32,000 bases of DNA, from NCBI GenBank assembly GCA_021654395.1, contig AP024486.1, positions 480,001 through 512,000 of the forward strand. The letters are read 5' to 3'. This document shows, one piece after another, positions 1 through 8,142 of the stretch. Each line of letters opens with the position of its first letter. Positions within the stretch are counted from its first letter, which is position 1. This stretch comes from Candidatus Saccharimonadota bacterium (GTDB lineage: Archaea; Micrarchaeota; Micrarchaeia; Micrarchaeales; Micrarchaeaceae). The translations under genes and the position numbers were made by a program. The notes beneath the pieces were generated by a model. The model saw only the letters and a program-made list of their open reading frames with translations. It was not told where the DNA came from and ran no database searches.

Positions 1-558
1 GGCATTAAAAAGAAGGAGAAGCAGAAGATTGAGCAACCGCAAGAGAGTAAGCAGATTGAAGAACAGAAGCATCTAGAAGAGCAGAAGGTAAAAGCAGCTG
101 CAGCTACTCAGCAAGCCGCTCATTTAAATCTTGAATCGCCTGTTGAGGTAATAGATAAGCAGATAGCAGAGTCTAAAGAGATCAGTAATGAGAGCATTGA
201 AAAAGAAGAGGAGAAGATTAATACTACACAGACAGCGAAGCAGATAAAGATAAATATTAATCAGGATCTCTATCTACCAAAGATGAGCCTAGCAGATATG
301 CTAACAGAGCTAGAGAATATAGAGTACCTCTTAAATCATAATGTATTAGATAAAAGCACTTTAAGTATAATAGTAATAGAGGTATACGGGCTATCATTTG
401 CAATTAGTAGATGTGGCTCTATAAAGATCGATCAGGATAACTTAGCTGAAAGAATATTATATAATAAGCTAACTACTAAGCTGAGTGATATTATAAATCT
501 ATTAAGCAGTATGGGATACTCTCCTAATGTAGAGCTTAGTGTGGTATATACATGCTAA
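1..558 (+). CDS. 3' part of a hypothetical protein entering from upstream (K/E/Q-rich low-complexity segment followed by a ~90-aa tail)
   Basis: Frame 1 is open from base 1 (GIKKKEKQKIEQPQESKQIEEQKHLEEQK...) to the TAA at 556-558. The 283..558 track ORF is therefore only the tail of a longer gene. Its stop overlaps the next ATG (ATGCTAA). Confidence 0.5.
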   Translation, partial: GIKKKEKQKIEQPQESKQIEEQKHLEEQKVKAAAATQQAAHLNLESPVEVIDKQIAESKEISNESIEKEEEKINTTQTAKQIKININQDLYLPKMSLADMLTELENIEYLLNHNVLDKSTLSIIVIEVYGLSFAISRCGSIKIDQDNLAERILYNKLTTKLSDIINLLSSMGYSPNVELSVVYTC

Positions 559-1427
559 CAGATAAGGCAGCTCAAGGTCAAGCTAAGAGCCAGAGTAAGT
601 TCCAGCAGAGATTAGCGAGAATGGCTCGTAAGAAGCATATAGACGAAAATGTACTTAGAAAGCATAGGATTAACTCCACACCAGAGCAGTTCATATTCAA
701 GGTCTTAATGCTCTCTATAATATTAGCTATAGCTATAGCAGTATTCATGTTTATACTATTTTATATAAGAGGATTTGCTTTACCGATATCTGCTCTAGTC
801 TCTTTAGTTATAGGGTTTGTTGTACAGACAATCTTCTATAATATGATGACTAACTTCCCAGCAACGAAAGGCAAAAAATCAGCTAGAAATGCAGAGAGAG
901 ATATGATCTTCGCAGCTAGAGACATAATAATATCTCTGCGTTCAGGCTCTCCTCTATTTAATGCTATAGTATATGTAAGCAACGGCTATGGCGATGCGAG
1001 CGAGGAGTTTAGAAGGATAGTTGAGAAGGTTCAAGTTGGAGTACCATTAGTAGATGCTATAGATAGAACTATTGAGGAGAGTAAGGTACCATCATTTAAG
1101 AAGATCATGCTTCAGGCGGCAGTTGCAATAAAGAGTGGATCAGAGGTAACTACAGCATTATCTTCGATAATACAGCAGATAGAGGAAGAGAGATATATAC
1201 AGCTTAAGGCTTACGCGCAGAAGCTGAATGTTCTATCTATGTTCTATATGCTATTCGGTGTTATATTTCCATCTATGGGTCTTGCCTTAGCGATAATATT
1301 AACAACATTTATATCTATTATAACAATAAATGCTACAATATTAGAGGTTGTTATAGTATTTGTTATTGCTGTGCAGGTTGTATTCCTACAGATGTTAAGA
1401 ACATCAAGACCTGCATTTACAACGTGA
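552..1427 (+). CDS. Type II secretion system F-domain membrane protein (TadB/FlaJ-like pilus or archaellum platform, first half-size paralogue)
   Basis: 291 aa with N- and C-terminal TM helices flanking a soluble helical domain. The T2SSF-like pattern is DMIFAARDIIISLRSGSPLFNAIVYVS ... VPLVDAIDRT. It overlaps the previous gene and lies 4 nt from the next. Confidence 0.6.
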   Translation: MLTDKAAQGQAKSQSKFQQRLARMARKKHIDENVLRKHRINSTPEQFIFKVLMLSIILAIAIAVFMFILFYIRGFALPISALVSLVIGFVVQTIFYNMMTNFPATKGKKSARNAERDMIFAARDIIISLRSGSPLFNAIVYVSNGYGDASEEFRRIVEKVQVGVPLVDAIDRTIEESKVPSFKKIMLQAAVAIKSGSEVTTALSSIIQQIEEERYIQLKAYAQKLNVLSMFYMLFGVIFPSMGLALAIILTTFISIITINATILEVVIVFVIAVQVVFLQMLRTSRPAFTT

Positions 1428-1431
1428 TCTT

Positions 1432-2433
1432 ATGGTTAAATGGGAGGCTCTAGTATCAAGAAATGTTTATGATTATATAGATAGGGAGGCAACATTAGCA
1501 GGTCTAAAGAGGAATGCTGCAGATAGGTTAATATCAATAATGGTTATATCTTATGTTATAATATTCGTAGCTGTTATCTTATTGATGCATTATCTGCTTA
1601 AGCTTAATATATTAATATCTGCATTGGTTGCTGTTATAGCGCCATTTGCCGTTCCTGTAGCTATAATACTTATATTAGAGTATAAGATAGATCAGAGGAA
1701 GAATAAGTTAGAGGTTTGGCTTCCAGACTTCTTTAGTCTAACTGCAGCGAATCTTAAGAGTGGGATGTCATTTGATAAGGCTTTAGTCTCATCTGCTAGG
1801 CCAGAGTTCTCTTTCTTCTCAGATGATGTAAAAGAGATGATAAAGCTTGTTGTCAGTGGAGAGACTATGGAGAATGGTCTTAAGTACCTTGCCAGTAAGT
1901 ACAGATCTTATCATCTCCAACATTCAGTGAGAATGATAATTCAGTCTATTAGATATGGTGGATCTGTATCAGATCTATTGAGGAGTATAGCCGAGGATAT
2001 AAGGCAGCAGGTAACAACTCAGAGAGAGATCTCAAGCCAGCTACTTATATACTCAATATTCATAATATTTGCAGGAGTTATAGTCTCTCCAGCGCTATTC
2101 GGATTAACACTCGAGATGATAACAATAGAGGATGCGATATGGAAGGGAATACTTCAGTCTAATCCAAATGGCTTACCATCTATAGGTGCATCATTTATAA
2201 AGCCAGAGCCGCCACAAGTAACTCCCACGGAGTATCAGGACTTTGCTTATGTAACAATAATAATAATAACCGGATTTGCATCATTCATAATAGGAACTAT
2301 AAACTCTGGTTCGCCTATAAAAGGCTTGAGATTTCTGCCATTATTTATAATTCTAGGACTAGTTATATTCAATGTTGCACATATAGTACTTAATGGACTA
2401 TTCTCTTCACTTCTAAATACAGCAGGTACATGA
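1432..2433 (+). CDS. Type II secretion system F-domain membrane protein (TadC/FlaJ-like, second half-size paralogue)
   Basis: 333 aa, multi-TM. The T2SSF-like segment is LPDFFSLTAANLKSGMSFDKALVSSA ... GETMENGLKYLASKY. It sits immediately downstream of its paralogue. Confidence 0.6.
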   Translation: MVKWEALVSRNVYDYIDREATLAGLKRNAADRLISIMVISYVIIFVAVILLMHYLLKLNILISALVAVIAPFAVPVAIILILEYKIDQRKNKLEVWLPDFFSLTAANLKSGMSFDKALVSSARPEFSFFSDDVKEMIKLVVSGETMENGLKYLASKYRSYHLQHSVRMIIQSIRYGGSVSDLLRSIAEDIRQQVTTQREISSQLLIYSIFIIFAGVIVSPALFGLTLEMITIEDAIWKGILQSNPNGLPSIGASFIKPEPPQVTPTEYQDFAYVTIIIITGFASFIIGTINSGSPIKGLRFLPLFIILGLVIFNVAHIVLNGLFSSLLNTAGT

Positions 2434-2442
2434 TTATAATAG

Positions 2443-2528
2443 TGCAGGGGGTGAGATTTGAACTCACGCACCCACAAAGGGAACGGGACCTGAACCCGCC
2501 GCATTTGGCCAGGCTCTGCCACCCCTGC
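2443..2528 (-). tRNA. tRNA-Leu (anticodon CAG), long variable arm
   Basis: Reverse complement reads GCAGGGG..GCGGG-TTCAGGT-CCCGT..long variable arm..GTGAG-TTCAAAT-CTCAC-CCCCTGC-A. Acceptor, anticodon and T stems all pair. CCA is not encoded. Confidence 0.95.
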
Positions 2529-2594
2529 ATCAATATAATAAATAATAAAAGATAAAAAGTTTAAATAACAATACATAAGTATCAGTAAAGTTAT

Positions 2595-4016
2595 ATGAAC
2601 ATACTATTCTTTAAGGATCAGCTTATTACTGGAAATCCTGAATCTCCAGTTGCAGTATGTACACTGTGGCTTAATAAGGATTATGTAATAGATAGAATTA
2701 ATAGGAATAACTACTGCATCCTGGGGAATCTTTATACAACAGATGGTATAAGCTACGTAATAAGGAATATACTAGCAAATCCAAATATAAGAACAATAGT
2801 TATGCTTGGTCCGGATCTGATGAACTCTGGTAAGGCCTTTAAAGCATTCATGCAGTATGGTATAGATGATAACTATAAGATAGTCAATGGAGAAGGCTAT
2901 ATACATAAGGTTATAAGCAAAGAAGCCTTGAATCTATTTAGAAATAATGTTAGAATAGTAGAGTTTAACGATCATCTTGATAAGCTTGATTCTTTTCTAG
3001 AAGAGGTCAATAAGAGCTCTGAGAGAGGATCATTCTCAGATCCTATAGTTATAGATCAGCCGGATATTCCTGCTAAAGATATGAACATAGAGGATCTTGC
3101 TTATAAGGCAGATGGAAGAGATTTCATAGAGACATGGTTAAAGGCTTTAGATATAGTTGATAAGTTTGGTGAGCTTAAGAAGACAGAGTATAATATAGAT
3201 CAGAAAGAGGTCTTTCTATTGACATCTGTTATAAGAGACACAACTAATGTAAATATACCTGAATGGCTTCCGATAAGCAAGAGCGATCTTATTCAGTATA
3301 ACAAGGAGTTCTTCGATATAAATAAACCAGAAGGCGTTGATTATACATACGGAGAGAGACTATTCAACTATGCTTTTAATGATAAGATATATGATCAGAT
3401 AGATTATATTAAAGCAAAGCTTAAGGAAAGCAGTTATACTAGAAGAGCAGTAGCAGTAACGTGGAATCTTGAGAAGGACCAATCTTCAAGCAATCCTCCA
3501 TGCCTAATAGCAGTTCAGTATCTTATAAAGTTCAATAAGCTATATCTATATGCACTATTTAGAAGTCATGATATATATGGAGCATGGATACTGAATGCAT
3601 ATGCCTTAATAATGCTTCAGCATAGGGTTGCAGAGCAGCTTAATATTAAGCCAGGAGCAATAGCTATCAACTCAGTAAGTGCTCATATATATAAGAATAA
3701 CTTCCAGAGGGTTAAGGATATACTAGATAAGTATTATAGAAATAAGCAAGAGCCGTTTGTTATTGATGAAAGAGGATACTTCATAATTAGTGTAAATCTT
3801 GATAAGAAGTTTATTGAAGTGAAGCATAAGCTAAATGATGGGAGAGACTCTGGCTATATATTCCACGGAAGATCTGCAAGTGAGATCTATAGAAAGATTA
3901 TAAATGAGAATCTTGTCTCAAGAATGGATCATGCCGCTTATCTAGGAAGAGAGCTAGCAAGAGCAGAGTATGCACTTAATAATAGCTCTGAGTATATACA
4001 GGATTCATCAATGTAA
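2595..4016 (+). CDS. thyA: Thymidylate synthase (ThyA family) core, with an N-terminal MtrA-like domain and a C-terminal DUF4346-like segment
   Basis: ThyA motifs are RRAVAVTWN, NPPCLIAVQY (catalytic Cys) and SAHIYKNN. The N-terminus (GNPESPVAVCTL ... ILGNLYTTDGISYVIRNILANPNIRTIVMLGPDL..SGKA) follows the pattern I recall for MtrA. The C-terminus (RMDHAAYLGRELARAEYAL) follows the DUF4346 pattern. Confidence 0.75.
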   Translation: MNILFFKDQLITGNPESPVAVCTLWLNKDYVIDRINRNNYCILGNLYTTDGISYVIRNILANPNIRTIVMLGPDLMNSGKAFKAFMQYGIDDNYKIVNGEGYIHKVISKEALNLFRNNVRIVEFNDHLDKLDSFLEEVNKSSERGSFSDPIVIDQPDIPAKDMNIEDLAYKADGRDFIETWLKALDIVDKFGELKKTEYNIDQKEVFLLTSVIRDTTNVNIPEWLPISKSDLIQYNKEFFDINKPEGVDYTYGERLFNYAFNDKIYDQIDYIKAKLKESSYTRRAVAVTWNLEKDQSSSNPPCLIAVQYLIKFNKLYLYALFRSHDIYGAWILNAYALIMLQHRVAEQLNIKPGAIAINSVSAHIYKNNFQRVKDILDKYYRNKQEPFVIDERGYFIISVNLDKKFIEVKHKLNDGRDSGYIFHGRSASEIYRKIINENLVSRMDHAAYLGRELARAEYALNNSSEYIQDSSM

Positions 4017-4152
4017 ATCTATAAACGCTTATTATATAATTAATTTATATAAAGAATTTATAAAGAAAGCTTCTACTTTAAAATAATTCCGCTATTTGTA
4101 TAGATACTGATTAGATATTTATTAAAGCTACTGGATTAATAGATTACTAGGT

Positions 4153-4464
4153 GTGGCTATGCCTAAGAAACCAGTAAGTCTATACGATATAGAAGAGATA
4201 ATAAAGAGTGCAGGCATAGACTCTTCAAGCTTAGATGTTTTAGAGGAATTAAGAAAGAAGTTAGTATCAGAGATAGAAGATCTTGTAGATGAGGCTTCAT
4301 TCTACGCACAATACTCTGGAAGAAGATCTATAAACGACGAGGATATAAAGCTCTCTCAGATAAAGATAGAGAAGCTATCTAAAAGGCTATATAAGAAGTT
4401 GAAGGCTAATAGTAAGGCAGGATATAGATCTAATATGAGCATAAGTAAGAGACAGCAGCAGTAA
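4153..4464 (+). CDS. Archaeal histone-fold protein with a basic C-terminal tail
   Basis: Aligns by eye to HMfB-type histones. IEEIIKSAGIDSSSLDVLEELRKKLVSEIEDLVDEASFYAQYSGRRSINDEDIKLS matches [56 protein letters not shown]. The start is GTG at 4153 or ATG at 4159. Confidence 0.7.
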   Translation: MAMPKKPVSLYDIEEIIKSAGIDSSSLDVLEELRKKLVSEIEDLVDEASFYAQYSGRRSINDEDIKLSQIKIEKLSKRLYKKLKANSKAGYRSNMSISKRQQQ

Positions 4465-4519
4465 TATACTCTATTATCTAGTTTTTAATTTTATCTAATC
4501 TAATAATCTATGAAAGCTT

Positions 4520-6067
4520 ATGGATAATGATACTACTCTAGAGTATGGTAGGAGCGCAGTATTTAGCTCTGTATCTGTTTTCTATGGTAAGATAATAGGC
4601 TTTCTATTAAGCTTAATCTATTATATACTTATAATAAGGGTGCTAACGCCAAGCATATACGGAATATACACAATAGTTATATCCTTTGTGGGCATATTTG
4701 CATCAGTAAATAACTTCGGACTTGCTACAATAGCCAATAAGTACGTATCTTACTATCTTTCAAAGAAGGCAGATAAGAAGATAACTGCTATAGTAACTAA
4801 TACTGTAGCTATAAGCCTATCAATTACATTTATTCTTACATTCGTTACTTTGATAGCAGCTTCGTTAGTTAATAGCTACTATAACAATGAGCTAACTTCG
4901 ATCTTCGTACTAGTTGGAGGTCTGGGCTTATTCTTAAATATAATAAATGGTACTGCTACTGGAGTATTTATCGCATTAAGGAAGAATAGATATGTATTTA
5001 TAATACCTATCTTTGAAAGCTTTGTTAGACTTATAGCTGTAGCAATACTTCTATATATGATAAAGCTTTATGTATTTGGTGCATTACTTTCATTGCTAAT
5101 ATCAGCATTATTAACAGATATTCTATCATTTTACTACTATCATAAAGAGAGATTAATATCAATAAAGAGCTTAAGCAGAGAAGAGATTCATTTTATAATA
5201 AAAGAGGCATCACAGATTGGAGTATCAAATCTTTTTAATGATATCCTTTATAATCTTAGCAGTGTTATATTAGGGCTATTTGTAAGCTACTATTATGTTG
5301 GTCTATACGGATTTTCAAATAGAGTTGTATCATTACTGGGTGTCTTTACAGCTTCTATATCATTAAGCAGTCTAGCGTTAATAAACGCATTTAAGGATAG
5401 TAAAGATTATAGATCAAAGGCATTTAGATACTCTCTTAGATACTCAATGCTTTTCATGGCGCCTATGCTTACATTTATAGCATTCAATGCCTATTATCTT
5501 ATATCTCTTGTATTCTCAAAAGCTTATACCGGAGCAGCACTATATATGGAGATTATAGCGCTTAGCTTTATTATATCATTATTTGCAAGTAGATACTATG
5601 AGCTAGCTATAGCATTAGGCAGATATAAGCAGATACTCTTAATGAATATAATAGTAGATATAGCTGTTGCATTAGTAAGTATAATTGCTATAATGAGATA
5701 TGGAACGTTGGGCGCAGTCTTTATATTCTATTCATTCTGGTATGCTCTTCAGCTTATAGCTCTTAAGCTAATAACAAGAGATGAGTCTAGACTAAGTAGA
5801 AACGATAAGGCATCTTTATTCAAGCTTTTAGTAATCTTGGTAATCTTTAGCTTAATATTCTATTATGTCTCAAATCTATTAAGTATACGGCATTCGTTAA
5901 GATTTTTAATAAATATAATATTACTTATAACCTTATATCCGATAATGGTTAAAGCACTAAGAATACTAAATAATATAGATAAAGAGATCATATATAATAT
6001 TATTGATAGTATAAAGAATAGCTCAATAAGGAAGCTATTAAAGGCATACGCCAATCTAATGTTTTAA
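4520..6067 (+). CDS. Polysaccharide/oligosaccharide flippase (Wzx/RfbX, MOP superfamily) membrane protein
   Basis: 515 aa with about 12-14 TM helices. The N-terminus (VFYGKIIGFLLSLIYYILIIRVLTPSIYGIYTIVISFVGIF) is typical of polysaccharide biosynthesis proteins. Confidence 0.6.
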   Translation: MDNDTTLEYGRSAVFSSVSVFYGKIIGFLLSLIYYILIIRVLTPSIYGIYTIVISFVGIFASVNNFGLATIANKYVSYYLSKKADKKITAIVTNTVAISLSITFILTFVTLIAASLVNSYYNNELTSIFVLVGGLGLFLNIINGTATGVFIALRKNRYVFIIPIFESFVRLIAVAILLYMIKLYVFGALLSLLISALLTDILSFYYYHKERLISIKSLSREEIHFIIKEASQIGVSNLFNDILYNLSSVILGLFVSYYYVGLYGFSNRVVSLLGVFTASISLSSLALINAFKDSKDYRSKAFRYSLRYSMLFMAPMLTFIAFNAYYLISLVFSKAYTGAALYMEIIALSFIISLFASRYYELAIALGRYKQILLMNIIVDIAVALVSIIAIMRYGTLGAVFIFYSFWYALQLIALKLITRDESRLSRNDKASLFKLLVILVIFSLIFYYVSNLLSIRHSLRFLINIILLITLYPIMVKALRILNNIDKEIIYNIIDSIKNSSIRKLLKAYANLMF

Positions 6068-6349
6068 GCTTATTATCTTTCCATATCTGCCTAATGATAG
6101 CTGTAGCTCTCCTCTAAATTCAGAGACATAACCATTCTCTATCTCTATCTCATCCCCTTCTTTTACCTTCTCTATCTCATCCTCCCATAACGATAGCTTT
6201 ATTGTGTTTTTGTCTTCATCCTCTATTACTAGATTTGCAACCCTTCTAGCACCATTCTTTGTATTAACTGTTCTAGTTTCCTCCTTCTTTATCACTCTCG
6301 CTTTTATATTCACATTACCCATACCTGCTCTAAGCTCGGAGATCTTCAT
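6056..6349 (-). CDS. Single OB-fold nucleic-acid-binding protein (SSB/RPA-like)
   Basis: 97 aa. The segment MKISELRAGMGNVNIKARVIKKEETRTVNTKNGARRVANLVIEDEDKNTIKLSLWEDE is the usual OB-fold pattern of small archaeal ssDNA binders. Confidence 0.6.
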   Translation of the reverse strand: MKISELRAGMGNVNIKARVIKKEETRTVNTKNGARRVANLVIEDEDKNTIKLSLWEDEIEKVKEGDEIEIENGYVSEFRGELQLSLGRYGKIISLKH

Positions 6350-6442
6350 ATATAATTACCTTTCAAAGCTTCAATATCTTTTAAATTACTATTTAAACAA
6401 ATAAAAAGCTTGCTAGTAATAATAAAAGCATCTAATCAGATA

Positions 6443-6515
6443 TGCGACCGCCGGGATTTGAACCCGGGTTTTTGGCGTGGAAGGCCAAAGTCCTACCTGG
6501 CTAGACTACGGTCGC
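6443..6515 (-). tRNA. tRNA-Gly (anticodon UCC)
   Basis: Reverse complement reads GCGACCG..TTGGC-CTTCCAC-GCCAA..CCGGG-TTCAAAT-CCCGG-CGGTCGC-A. All stems pair. Confidence 0.95.
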
Positions 6516-6614
6516 TTGTATAGCAACTAGATACTGCATTAATAGATTAAATAGAATTTAGTATCATTAATATTATATAAATTTTTGTTGTCGCTCTTAT
6601 CTTAGCAAATGACG

Positions 6615-7331
6615 CTAATGCTTTCTGTATAATATTATAATATATATGATTAAAGCGAATGTAAATGCTACTACTATAGATACAGCAATAAATAACAGAT
6701 CTATATGCTCTCTCGATGGAATAATGCTTGAAAGGCTTAGTCCACTTCTAACTTTTACACTATTATTAACAAGTAGTATTATAGGAGTAGTAGAGCTCTC
6801 TTCTATCTTTATATATGAGTCATTTGTGCTATTGCCATATACATATTTAAATTCTAAAGGTCTTAACTGTGATATATCTATATATTTTCTACTTTTATTG
6901 CTATAGATCTCAGCCGAGTATGGTCTTATAAGGCTAAGATTGTATCCGTTATACAGTATCCTAATAGTTACATCTCTTATGCTCATATCTTTACTAATAA
7001 AGCTTGCATTATAGCTGTTATTAACTAAAAGCAGTATTCCACCATTTATAGATATGTTATTGCTATAATGTGTATAATTGTTGGTAATTAAGCCTATTGT
7101 AAGATTATAGTTATTTAGTATAGAGCCATTGAGCTCTGCATATGTCCCATTGTAGACTGTTACATCTACTAGATAAGGAAAGCTTATATTGTAGGTTCTT
7201 CCTGAGCTTGCATCTATATATTCATGTACTGGTTTATATATATTGATATAGAGATTCTGAGATCTAGCAATTCCAGCTATCAAATATACTGCTATAAGTA
7301 TAAATACTATTAATACTCTAATAATTCTCAT
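6615..7331 (-). CDS. Secreted/membrane-anchored protein dense in N-glycosylation sequons
   Basis: Has an N-terminal signal-like helix and a C-terminal TM anchor (LLFIAVSIVVAFTFALIIYIIILYRKH). I count about 13 N-x-S/T sequons in 238 aa. Confidence 0.55.
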   Translation of the reverse strand: MRIIRVLIVFILIAVYLIAGIARSQNLYINIYKPVHEYIDASSGRTYNISFPYLVDVTVYNGTYAELNGSILNNYNLTIGLITNNYTHYSNNISINGGILLLVNNSYNASFISKDMSIRDVTIRILYNGYNLSLIRPYSAEIYSNKSRKYIDISQLRPLEFKYVYGNSTNDSYIKIEESSTTPIILLVNNSVKVRSGLSLSSIIPSREHIDLLFIAVSIVVAFTFALIIYIIILYRKH

Positions 7332-7418
7332 TCTAGTAACCTTAATTGATAAAATTTAATAAATAACTTTAGCAGATCTATTATTTAATAAAATAAGTTA
7401 TAAAAGCTTAAGATAGGA

Positions 7419-8003
7419 CTAACTTAGTGCATTTATAAACTCAGAGGAGCTTGTCACAACTAGAAGATTGCTCATATTCTTAATTGATCTTTCATGAGCC
7501 TCTTTATCAGCTGAAGATACGCAGTCTTCTAATACTATTGGTAAGAAGCCTCTATTTAAAGCATCTCTTGCGCTCGACTCTATACCTATCTCCGTAGCTA
7601 TTCCAGCAAATGCTATATTCTTTATTCCAGCATTATTGAGCATTAGCTCAAATGGTGTTCCTATAAAGATGCTTGCAGTATGCTTATAGAATACGGTCTC
7701 ATCCTGCTTTGGCTTGAAGTATAGCTCAAATGCCTCTGGTTTGATATCTCCCCAACTTCTCTTAAATGCAACTTTCCTCGCTAAAGATTCAAATCTATCT
7801 GGCAATGGAGTTATTCTTGTAAAGAATAATGGCAAGCCTTTTGATCTAGACTGCTCTATTAGATAATCTGTGCTTTTTAAGAACTGCTCTTTATTGAATA
7901 TTGAGTTGACAAGCATATGCTGTACATCCCATATGACAACTGCTGTATTCTCTCTATTAATAAGCTTTCTTAGCTCATCTGCATTTGCTCTCATATCAGA
8001 CAC
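7419..8003 (-). CDS. Isochorismatase-family (cysteine-hydrolase-like) protein
   Basis: TAVVIWDVQ ... TASIFIGTPFELMLNNAGIKNIAFAGIATEIGIESSARDALNRGFLPIVLEDCVSS matches the isochorismatase/nicotinamidase fold pattern. The usual catalytic Cys position reads Gly/Ile, so activity is uncertain. Confidence 0.6.
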   Translation of the reverse strand: MSDMRANADELRKLINRENTAVVIWDVQHMLVNSIFNKEQFLKSTDYLIEQSRSKGLPLFFTRITPLPDRFESLARKVAFKRSWGDIKPEAFELYFKPKQDETVFYKHTASIFIGTPFELMLNNAGIKNIAFAGIATEIGIESSARDALNRGFLPIVLEDCVSSADKEAHERSIKNMSNLLVVTSSSEFINALS

Positions 8004-8142
8004 AATTATTATCTCTAATCTAAAGCTTTTAAATCAATCTTTATATATCTTGTATGATAATAAAAGCAAGAGAACCTTAATTAGCTAATCGTCGAAGTAT
8101 ATTTAGTCAATTATTAAAGCTTATCTATTTAAGCTTAATATC

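Noticed and set aside
2247-2576. 109-aa minus-strand track ORF
   Set aside because: It runs straight through tRNA-Leu (2443-2528) and the antisense 3' end of the T2SF-like gene, so I treat it as spurious.
5863-8088. Small track ORFs 5863-6054(-), 6204-6404(+), 6646-6906(+), 7870-8088(+)
   Set aside because: Each lies antisense to a better-supported longer gene (flippase, OB-fold protein, surface protein, isochorismatase-like protein) and has a low-complexity hydrophobic translation.
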